In this document: piece after piece, positions 51,064 through 59,379 of the stretch
How positions within the stretch are numbered: position 1 is the stretch's first letter
Layout of the letters: each line of letters starts with the position of its first letter
From: Monocercomonoides exilis PA203
Taxonomy: Eukaryota; Protista; Preaxostyla
DNA length: 64,000 nt
Direction of reading: 5' to 3'
NCBI GenBank assembly: GCA_001643675.2
Contig: LSRY02000002.1
Span: forward strand, 1,674,001 to 1,738,000
Notes under the pieces: generated by a model
What the model was told of the DNA's origin: nothing
The model's database searches: none
Seen by the model: the letters and a program-made list of their open reading frames with translations, nothing else
Made by a program: the position numbers and the translations under genes

Positions 51064-54000
51064 TCAGCTGAACCAACTTTCACTGTCACTGCCACTGCCA
51101 CTGCTCACAATCCTGCTGCAGTTGCCTCTCCCCGCACCCCCCGCAACATCGATCGCATCCGACACAGTCAGCATCACCGACCCTGCTGGAAATCGCTGGA
51201 TGAACTCTCGCTTCAGATCGACAAGCGTCGGCCTGCTCTGCCACCCAGGTGACAGGCACCCAGCAACCGTATCGTTGAAGCACCCCAGAAGCTCTGCACC
51301 TATCACCGGCCTCTCCCCATTCACTATCTTTTGCTCCGCCACCACCGCCTCGTACTCCCCAAACGGGATCTGCAGCGTCAGACACTCCCACAGCATCATC
51401 CCGATCGAGAACACTGCTCCCTTCTTCGTTGCATGCTGCTTCGTCCCGTTCATCAGCTCTGGCGCCTTCCACCGCAAGCACTCCTTCCTGAGATCATCAT
51501 CATCCTCAAACGCTGATGACGGTGGAGGCGAGTCTGTGAATCTTTCGCTCAGAACAGAAATATTTGAAGAAGAAGAAACAATACTCAATGAAGAGACGGA
51601 TGATGAATCGGAATCGTCAGATGAAAGGAAATCAGAATGCATAACAATGCAGATCACCATGTGTTCTGAGAATAGCACAATGTGCGGACTCAAATTGGAA
51701 AGAGAAGAAAGAGGATTTTCCATCTCATCAAAGGAGTGAAGAGCGAGATTAGCTACCCAGAAGAGGATTTGAGCAGCTGTTTGTTCTCTTTCCTTTAATG
51801 TGCCAATCGCCATTTCCTTTGTCTTGTTCCTTCCATGAAGAAGCATGAACAGCGAATCCCTCAGATCCACAATCAGCTTCTCATGAGGGGATGAACAGGC
51901 CATTGCATCCACCAGATTTGACATCGATGAAGTTGTTGGACACAGATCCTCCCCACGAACAAATGTTGTGTCTGTGTCTGAAGTGTCTGTGGTTGAAGTG
52001 GATGAAATTGATGGTGATGGTGTTCTTTTTCTAATCTCTTCTTCTTCCACTTTTTCCAATACCCATTCAGGAATCTTGTCTGAGTCCTTTCCCAAGATAT
52101 ATTCTGTCGATCCACTCTCTGATAGAAGATGTTCTGATGACTCTGAATGTTCCATATTTGTCTCATACACTCTCTTCTTCATCCTCTCTTCATTCTTCTT
52201 TTCTTCCTCCCTCTCAGCTCTCCTCCACTGCTTCTCAGGAGACATCTCCATCGTCACCATTTCAAATGCCTTCGGATCCTTCTTCACTGTGTCATTCACT
52301 ATCTCCTCCAATTCTTCTGTTCTTCTCTTCTGTTTTCTCCACCGGACAATGAATATTATTGATACAATCAAAACAATCAAAAGAATAACAACAAGCACAA
52401 TCACAATCAGTACCCAATAAGATTTCCCTTCTTTTCCTCCTTCAACCACTTTTTCATTTCCAGTCTTTGATTGTGTTTTGTTCTTCAGAATCTGTGGAGA
52501 GGTTGCAGACAATCGCTTCCCAAACAAAATCATCACTGAAATCTCTGTTTCATCTTCAATTGTTGAAATATTTGCTGATGGGATTGGTCCAATCACTTCC
52601 GCTTCTGAAACAAAACTGTCTTCCTCAAAGGGATATGTCTCAACCAACTCCACATCCCCTGTTTTGAATATCAATCTGAATGACAAGTCACATGGTAAAA
52701 AGAGCTCTCCCTTGAATTTCACAACAATGTTGCTGCCATTCTCATTCACAGAAGCCTCTTCCAGTTTTGGAATGAAGAAAGGAGATAACCTTTCTCCTGC
52801 TATTCCATCAAGTGTGCATCCATCATTCAACATCCAAAGTGATGTATTTCTCTCCAATCCATCTCCTCCTTTCAAACTTATCACATTTAATGTTCCTGAG
52901 TCTGAACAAATAACGTTTCTTCTCAAAGAAGGATATACTTCAATGAAAGGATTGTTGTTCATAAACTCTCCTTTCTCAATAATCACATTTCCTCCACTCA
53001 TTGTGACTCCTCCATCTGGTGAATTAGATAATGTTGAAACTTTCATAATTAAAGAACTCTTTACAACATCCACAACAGATCCATCCCATCGGCAAATATC
53101 TTCTTTTGTACTCAAATTCTTCTCATTTCTTTCCTTTGAACTTCCATCAAATACGCAACAATCCATTTTCACATCTGTGCAATCCTCCAATTTCATCAAT
53201 TTCCCTTTTGTGGTTTTTGAACTGACTCCACCCATTGTGCAATTTGCCAATTGAATTGTCTTTTTCATTGACAGGCAAGATATCAATGATTCTTCATTTC
53301 TTTCAATTGTGATATTCTCTGTATTGAAATCCTTAATTGTTAATTGTCCACATTCGTTTATATCTATCAAAGAAGTTTCAATTGTTGAATTGCAAACAGT
53401 GAATAAATAAATTACTGATTGAAGAGAAGATGAAAGATGCAATGCAGATTTTTGAAGAATAAGATTTGATATTGAGCATCCATCAAGTTGTAATTCTCCT
53501 TTTTTCATATTGATAATGTGAAATGGAATGTTTGCAAATTCAGCATTAACTCCTTCCTTCAGTTGTTTTGAAGTGAACGAACAATCCATCACTTCAAGAA
53601 TTCCTCCTTCTGGCGAGATCAGTGATTCGTGAGAAGAAATGAAATTCGAATCAAACACAAAGTTCACTTTCAATAATGAAACTATTCCTGTTGTTGTCAT
53701 CAAAGCATTCCGAGTGCTTTCAATATCTGTTTTCACTTCAACTTTGCACAAGTCTCTATTCTTCGAACTCAGACTCATCTCCTTCAGATTAACCTCTTCA
53801 CATATCACACTCTCTTCAACAACAATCATAACACTCATGAAATCTGAAGTCAGATGCATCAGTCCATAATCAATCGAAGCACATGGAAGTGTGTTGGTTC
53901 CACATTGTCTCTCATTCGATCCATTCGCACTGTTCACAATAATTGTGTCGCTCTGATGGATAGTCACAAATCCAATCAGATCTGTATCGCTTGGATAATC

Positions 54001-54750
54001 ACACTCATCTTTTCCACATATGGCGTTGTCACAATCGTAATGGCCTTCTCGAAGATCAAACTGAAATTGCCTTTCATTGATCTGCGATGTGATATCGTAA
54101 CATTCAATGAAAACATCGTTTCCCACTCTTGCTCTGTTGTCGCTGAATTTCAAACCAACAAATGCAAAGTCCAATTCACCTCTTTCATTTGTTGCCAGAT
54201 ACACACCTCCGCCTTTCCCTGAACCAATACTGCAACTGCAATGATTGATTGTCGAATCAACTATTTTCATCAAACCAGACTTTCCCAACGTGAAGAACAG
54301 TGCCCCTCCTTTTTCACTTGTTTCTGCTTTGTCTTCTGTCATGTTGCTCACATTCACAACCAAACAAATCATTTTCTCACTTGTTGACTCCAGAATGCTC
54401 GCTCCATTGCCGCTTCTCTTCACTCCTGAAAATGATGATTTGTCAATCTCAATATTTACACCTTCATTTTCTTCATTTATCTTCAATCCTGGTTCAGATT
54501 TCTTGATTGATAAAATGCAACCTCCACTTTCATTCAACGATTCCATTCGAACATTCACAAAATGAAAAATAACTCCAACATCATGAATGACAATAATGCT
54601 GTTTCCAACATTGCATGATTCAATCAACAAATCATTCACTTCCACATTGCCTCCAATCACATCCACAAATACACAATCAAATCCATTGTTCATTCCAGCC
54701 TCTGAATGGAATGAACATCCAGTTATCACCAAATCTCCATTTTTGTTTGA
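51064..54750 (-). pseudogene. 3' part (ectodomain end, TM, pseudokinase) of a giant surface protein gene interrupted by the DIRS element
   Basis: Paralogue of 3-4763 with the same TM and LRWKAPEL/FSIGMMLWECLTL motifs. Frame joins the 5' part exactly when 54751-59379 is removed. Confidence 0.88.
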
Positions 54751-54789
54751 TCAAAGCACATATGTACTTTGATTTTAAAGAAAACATTC

Positions 54790-54854
54790 TCTCACTTCCT
54801 TCTCTTTATTTGAGAGCATCACTTAATGGGTCAGTCACGATCACTGATCTGAAA
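54790..54854 (+). repeat. Left inverted terminal repeat of DIRS element (preceded by 39-nt unique left extension 54751-54789)
   Basis: Reverse complement of 59297-59360: 49 nt identical, then a short mismatch patch, then actgatctgaaa. Confidence 0.93.
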
Positions 54855-54860
54855 AAATAA

Positions 54861-55736
54861 ATGTTATCAAATTCCACCTTAGGAGTTGGACTTGCGGCCG
54901 AACCTAACTCAGCAACGCTGACAGGTGGTCCAACAAGTAGTTTCCCTTCTTTTTCGGAAACTTTTCCCTCTCCATCATCTATTCCCCCTCTTCCATCGTC
55001 TTCTCAGGTTGCACCAGAAATGAAAGAAGATTCAATTGACTCCGACTCGCCTGCTGACCAGAGTATTAACCTAGAAAAATCCTTCGTTGATATTTTTGGA
55101 AGATCACCAGAAATCTCCCTATATGACATGCCTCTTCCAGAGAATGAGATCACAGAAATAGTTTCCGCCTTAAAGTGCGAAGATCTATCTCCATTTTTAC
55201 CGAACGCTCCACCTCCATTTTCAAGAACAACAAGCCCGTACAAGGATGCCTTGGATAGAGCGGGAGAAAGAACTGAGACATTTTTATACCCAATGATGAA
55301 ACTGTTACTATCTTCCCATGCAATGACTTCCGATGAAGAACCAATACGAAAAATGATTGCAGATGCTTGTCTCCTCCTTGGAAAGGCATTAAAGGAAGCA
55401 AGACATGTGCGTATACAAGCGCGATTTGGGTTTACAGAGGCTGCAAAGATGAAGGACGAATTTTCTTCGACGCTCCTCACAAAAAGACAAGCAGAACTTC
55501 TCGAAGAATCAAAGAAACAAGAAAGAAAAGAGCAGTTTCACGTATTAAGAAATATACATATCGTGCCTAGCTATTACAACAGTAAAAGGAAATACTCGAA
55601 ACCATTTATATCTAACGTTTCAAATAAACAGTTTTTTCGTTCAGAGCCCCGGACGTTTGCCAGAAAGAGAGGCCCGAATTTTTACAACAGCAGAAGCATT
55701 TCCAGGCAACGATCCAGGGGACAAACTCAAAATTAA
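54861..55736 (+). CDS. gag: DIRS ORF1, gag-like protein
   Basis: First ORF directly after the left ITR. Pro/Ser-rich N-terminus, helical core, basic R/N/S-rich C-terminus. Assigned by position. Confidence 0.7.
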   Translation: MLSNSTLGVGLAAEPNSATLTGGPTSSFPSFSETFPSPSSIPPLPSSSQVAPEMKEDSIDSDSPADQSINLEKSFVDIFGRSPEISLYDMPLPENEITEIVSALKCEDLSPFLPNAPPPFSRTTSPYKDALDRAGERTETFLYPMMKLLLSSHAMTSDEEPIRKMIADACLLLGKALKEARHVRIQARFGFTEAAKMKDEFSSTLLTKRQAELLEESKKQERKEQFHVLRNIHIVPSYYNSKRKYSKPFISNVSNKQFFRSEPRTFARKRGPNFYNSRSISRQRSRGQTQN

Positions 55737-57646
55737 CCGCGGATGCGCACATTGTTGGGGGCAGAACGGCAGAGCATTGGAAAGAATGGTCAAAAATCGA
55801 TGGAGCCAAACTGGTACGAAGAGGTGCATTTGCAATTTGGAAGAGCAAACAAGCGCGGAAGAAACTATCCAATCAAAACATCAACAGGACCAATCCTCAC
55901 CAATCAAAAGAAGCGCGGGATGCAATGAGCAAGCTTATTCAAGAACAATTAAAGAACAAAATAATCCAACCGATCCAACGGGAAAAAGTCAAGAATTTAA
56001 ATCCAGTTTTCGTTATAAAAAAGAAGACCGGAGGATGGAGACAGATAATCGACTGCAGGGAACTGAACAAAGCTATCAAATCTGTCCACTTCAAATTGGA
56101 AGATTTCAGAACATTGGAAAGAATCATAGAGCAGCAGGATTATGCGGTCACGATCGATCTGCACCAAGCTTACTATCTGATAAAGGTGGATCACGAGCTT
56201 TCACCATATCTTTCATTCGAATTCAACGGAAACTTCTATCGTTTCAACGGAATGCCTTTTGGCTTCAGAGACGCCCCGAGGCTTTTTACAAAAATAATGA
56301 GGAAAGTTGTCATGTATATTCGTCAAAAATTCAAAATCAAGATCATTGCTTACCTCGACGATGTGATTCTTCTTCACAAAAATCCAGAATTTCTTCGCCA
56401 CACAGCACAGGAAGTCACCAGCCTTTTCAACAAGTTAGGCCTTCTCATAAACGAAGAAAAAAGTCAATTGAGTCCCTCCCAGGAATTCTCGTACCTCGGC
56501 TTTTTGTGGGACACAAGAAACTTCACGGTACGATTGCAAGAAGAAAAGGCGAAGGAACTGATCTCGGAGTGCAGCAAATGGGAAAAAAGAGCAATTCGCA
56601 TAAGTCAGGTTCGGGTAAGAGATTTGGCGACCTTTATCGGAAAACTCAATTCGACAAGATTCGTTTTCAAGGAGGCATCCCTTCTCCTCACGCAGATGTA
56701 TCGAGTACTCAACAGGAGTGTCCGACAAACCGGATGGTCGGGGAGGACGAAAATAACTCCGTCAATAATGAACAGTCTTCAGCAATGGATATCGAGACTG
56801 AAACGGAACCAGCCGAGGTTCCTTTGCCCCCTCTTCCAGGCCAAAGCAACCTTGACAACAGACGCGTCCGGAAGATCCATGGGAGCTTGCCTTTGTTTGG
56901 GAAATACAACGCTCGACTATCATCACCCACTTCCTCATTGGCAAACAAAGCAAAGTTCAAACTTTCGAGAGCTGTGGGCAATTTGGAAAGCACTAAGCAA
57001 TTTTCTGCCAACATTAAAAGCAAGGAACATAAGAAATCTGCTTATCAGATCGGACAATTCAACGTCCATTTTCAACATCAACCGATGGAATGCAGGATCG
57101 AACCTGAGATCTTTAATAAGGAGGATCTGGAGGTTAACAAACGAAAATCAAATTCAAGTGAAAGCTCAACACATCCCAGGAATAAGAAACACAAGAGCGG
57201 ACTCCCTGTCAAGGCTAGAAAGGGGAGGCGATTACACAATCAAACCGGAAGCATTTCAAGTTCTGAAGAAGATGACGAATCTGAAATTCACTCTCGATGA
57301 GTTTGCAACAAAATGCAATCAAAAGGTGAAGCGTTGGTGCGGCCCAGGAAGCCCTGTGTGCGAAGACGGGCTTCAACATCCATGGGAAGGAGAAACAGTT
57401 CTAGCCCATCCTCCAATCCCTCTGATAGTCCCTGTTCTCATGAAAGCAATAAAAGAGAAAGCGCGTGTTTTACTCCTCATGCCAGATTGGAAAGGACAGA
57501 TTTGGGAGCCAATCTTGAACAGAATGAGGACATTCGAATGGACGTGGAGGAACCAAGCGGATCTGCTGAAGCCGGGGATTTGGATGAAACGAACAGAAGC
57601 CAACCTTCCACCAGGGAGAATGAGAGTTGTCCTTCTCAACCCGTAA
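55628..57646 (+). CDS. pol: DIRS pol: reverse transcriptase + RNase H + Dam-like methyltransferase domain
   Basis: Frame is open from 55628 (VGGRTAEHWKEW upstream of first ATG 55925). Motifs WRQIIDCRELN, TIDLHQAY, MPFG, YLDD (56351), YLGF; RNase H TTDAS, NFREL, IRSDN, ADSLSR; MT-like LDEFAT...DGLQHPW...HPPIPLI...PDWKGQIW. Confidence 0.93.
   Translation, partial: TVFSFRAPDVCQKERPEFLQQQKHFQATIQGTNSKLTADAHIVGGRTAEHWKEWSKIDGAKLVRRGAFAIWKSKQARKKLSNQNINRTNPHQSKEARDAMSKLIQEQLKNKIIQPIQREKVKNLNPVFVIKKKTGGWRQIIDCRELNKAIKSVHFKLEDFRTLERIIEQQDYAVTIDLHQAYYLIKVDHELSPYLSFEFNGNFYRFNGMPFGFRDAPRLFTKIMRKVVMYIRQKFKIKIIAYLDDVILLHKNPEFLRHTAQEVTSLFNKLGLLINEEKSQLSPSQEFSYLGFLWDTRNFTVRLQEEKAKELISECSKWEKRAIRISQVRVRDLATFIGKLNSTRFVFKEASLLLTQMYRVLNRSVRQTGWSGRTKITPSIMNSLQQWISRLKRNQPRFLCPLFQAKATLTTDASGRSMGACLCLGNTTLDYHHPLPHWQTKQSSNFRELWAIWKALSNFLPTLKARNIRNLLIRSDNSTSIFNINRWNAGSNLRSLIRRIWRLTNENQIQVKAQHIPGIRNTRADSLSRLERGGDYTIKPEAFQVLKKMTNLKFTLDEFATKCNQKVKRWCGPGSPVCEDGLQHPWEGETVLAHPPIPLIVPVLMKAIKEKARVLLLMPDWKGQIWEPILNRMRTFEWTWRNQADLLKPGIWMKRTEANLPPGRMRVVLLNP
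55657..57300 (+). CDS. Long ORF overprinted on pol, in frame with the YR ORF (likely its N-terminal extension)
   Basis: 547 stop-free codons in frame 1; separated from 57313-58962 (same frame) only by TGA at 57298-57300. Confidence 0.6.
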   Translation: MPEREARIFTTAEAFPGNDPGDKLKINRGCAHCWGQNGRALERMVKNRWSQTGTKRCICNLEEQTSAEETIQSKHQQDQSSPIKRSAGCNEQAYSRTIKEQNNPTDPTGKSQEFKSSFRYKKEDRRMETDNRLQGTEQSYQICPLQIGRFQNIGKNHRAAGLCGHDRSAPSLLSDKGGSRAFTISFIRIQRKLLSFQRNAFWLQRRPEAFYKNNEESCHVYSSKIQNQDHCLPRRCDSSSQKSRISSPHSTGSHQPFQQVRPSHKRRKKSIESLPGILVPRLFVGHKKLHGTIARRKGEGTDLGVQQMGKKSNSHKSGSGKRFGDLYRKTQFDKIRFQGGIPSPHADVSSTQQECPTNRMVGEDENNSVNNEQSSAMDIETETEPAEVPLPPLPGQSNLDNRRVRKIHGSLPLFGKYNARLSSPTSSLANKAKFKLSRAVGNLESTKQFSANIKSKEHKKSAYQIGQFNVHFQHQPMECRIEPEIFNKEDLEVNKRKSNSSESSTHPRNKKHKSGLPVKARKGRRLHNQTGSISSSEEDDESEIHSR

Positions 57647-58962
57647 CAATCTCTGGTGAAGAATGGTTCAAGGCTGTCCTCGAAGTGAAAGGTTTCTCAA
57701 ACAACGTTATGGAAATTTGTAAATCCAGTCTAGCACAAACAACGTGGGAGGGGTACATGTCGGGTCTGTCTAATTTTGGATCGGAATGGGCTCAACGAAG
57801 ATATGGCCCTCCTTCGGATGAGTGGAGTGATTGGGTTGGAAAATGCTCAGATATTTTCATCACTCTTCGCGATAGGGGAATGAAGGTGTCATCACTGTGC
57901 CAAACGAGATCTGCAGTGTCTATGCTAACTCAGCTATTATTCGACAGATGTTTGGGTGAATTTCCGCTCATAAAAATGTTGTTTCGCTCGTTCAAAAGAG
58001 CAGAAAGGAGAAAGAAAAAAGATAAGCCGCAGATTTGGAATCCAAAGATCATGTTGGACTACATCATAACGCTTGGAGAAAATTCAAAGCTTCAATTGTT
58101 ACAATTAACCAAGAAAACGATCTGCTTGTGTATGCTTTTTTCCGCATGCAGGTTTACTGAGCTTGAAAGAATCGACCTCGTTCATTCGTCGATTAGAAAA
58201 GATTCTATTGCCTTAGACACCTCGTTAAAAACAACTCTCGGAAGAACAGACATTATCATTCCCTTCTTGATCGACTCCCCATTAATTTGTCCAGCATCAG
58301 CTGTCAGAGAGTTGTGGGAGAGGCTAAATACAACACAATCCAACCCAGTCCATTTATTTGTTGGAAAAGACCAAATGAACGCCTTATCAGCAAGGTCATT
58401 GAGAAAACTTGCAAAAGAGTTCCTAACTGAAGCAGGAGTCCCAGAGCACTTTGGCCCTTATTCGTTGAAGCATGCTTCCATTTCCGCACTAACAATGGCT
58501 GGAGTTCCGGTGGCACAAATTGCAAGATTCGCCAGGCTATCTCCTAAGAGTGACACGATCTCAAGACACTACTTTTGCTCCGACGTAACAATGACGTGTG
58601 CAAAAACAATTGCATGTCAAACCAATACAACACCACTGGAACATAACCTAGTGCAACACGAAGCCTTAACGCAAACAGCAGCAGTGGACACTTCCCAGAA
58701 GCAGGAAATGATTTTTGACGACACGTCAGATTGCAACACCACCAGCGAATCATCTTCAGATAGCGATAACTGTGAAGATGAGATGGATCAAAACTACAAA
58801 GAGGTTCAAACGCCAGTTCTGCGCGAAAGGAAAAAGTCTCGCCCGAAAGGTTACAGTTCGTCAGCTGAGGCTGTTCAAGAAAAGACGATTCAACTTTCGG
58901 TGCGCACAAGATACCAGTGCAAAAAGGAACTACTGGAAAGATTGCTCAATGATGATGAATAA
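57313..58962 (+). CDS. DIRS tyrosine recombinase (integrase)
   Basis: SAM-like core-binding region (SLAQTTWEGY...TRSAVS), catalytic R in SACRFTEL, K in SLKT, ICPASAV, YSLKHA box, RHY tyrosine (58570-58572). Confidence 0.88.
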   Translation: MQSKGEALVRPRKPCVRRRASTSMGRRNSSSPSSNPSDSPCSHESNKRESACFTPHARLERTDLGANLEQNEDIRMDVEEPSGSAEAGDLDETNRSQPSTRENESCPSQPVTISGEEWFKAVLEVKGFSNNVMEICKSSLAQTTWEGYMSGLSNFGSEWAQRRYGPPSDEWSDWVGKCSDIFITLRDRGMKVSSLCQTRSAVSMLTQLLFDRCLGEFPLIKMLFRSFKRAERRKKKDKPQIWNPKIMLDYIITLGENSKLQLLQLTKKTICLCMLFSACRFTELERIDLVHSSIRKDSIALDTSLKTTLGRTDIIIPFLIDSPLICPASAVRELWERLNTTQSNPVHLFVGKDQMNALSARSLRKLAKEFLTEAGVPEHFGPYSLKHASISALTMAGVPVAQIARFARLSPKSDTISRHYFCSDVTMTCAKTIACQTNTTPLEHNLVQHEALTQTAAVDTSQKQEMIFDDTSDCNTTSESSSDSDNCEDEMDQNYKEVQTPVLRERKKSRPKGYSSSAEAVQEKTIQLSVRTRYQCKKELLERLLNDDE

Positions 58963-58991
58963 TGAGATTATTTAACTAAAAAATAATCTCA
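58963..58991 (+). other. Perfect 11-bp stem-loop immediately after the YR stop codon
   Basis: tgagattattt-aactaaa-aaataatctca. Confidence 0.7.
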
Positions 58992-59014
58992 CGAAACGCC
59001 CAATTATGTGTATT

Positions 59015-59117
59015 CTCTCAAATAAAGAGAAGGAAGTGAGAGAATGTTTTCTTTAAAATCAAAGTACATATGTGCTTTGATTGAAAAAGAAAATATGTAT
59101 CTCACTTCCTTCTCTTT
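59015..59117 (+). repeat. Internal complementary region (ICR) of DIRS element
   Basis: 59015-59080 is the reverse complement of 54751-54816; 59082-59117 is the reverse complement of 59343-59378; the two are joined by a single T (59081). Confidence 0.95.
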
Positions 59118-59296
59118 TTTCCCACCACGTTGCACTCCCACCCCTCAAGAATACATTCATAAACACTTTTTTCATCTCCTTTTCTTTAGGTGCGCTTGTT
59201 TAATGCACTAAAGTTTGATTATAAACAAAACATATCATATTCTTATAAGTTTCCTTGAACATTTTTGATTCACATGAAAATATTTAACTTTTTCCA

Positions 59297-59360
59297 TTTC
59301 AGATCAGTAGGGTGACTGACCCATTAAGTGATGCTCTCAAATAAAGAGAAGGAAGTGAGA
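59297..59360 (-). repeat. Right inverted terminal repeat of DIRS element (followed by unique right extension 59361-59379)
   Basis: Reverse complement of 54790-54854. Confidence 0.93.
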
Positions 59361-59379
59361 TACATATTTTCTTTTTCAA

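Larger units (their letters stand above)
54751..59379 (+). mobile_element. DIRS-type tyrosine-recombinase retrotransposon, full length (4,629 bp)
   Basis: gag-like, RT-RNaseH-MT and YR ORFs; ITRs; ICR complementary to both termini; no target-site duplication; splits a host ORF. Confidence 0.95.

Noticed and set aside
54751-59379. CRISPR-like or LTR-type interpretation of the recurring ctcacttccttctcttt motif
   Set aside because: The four occurrences are fully explained by the ITRs and ICR; there is no spacer array, direct LTR or TSD.
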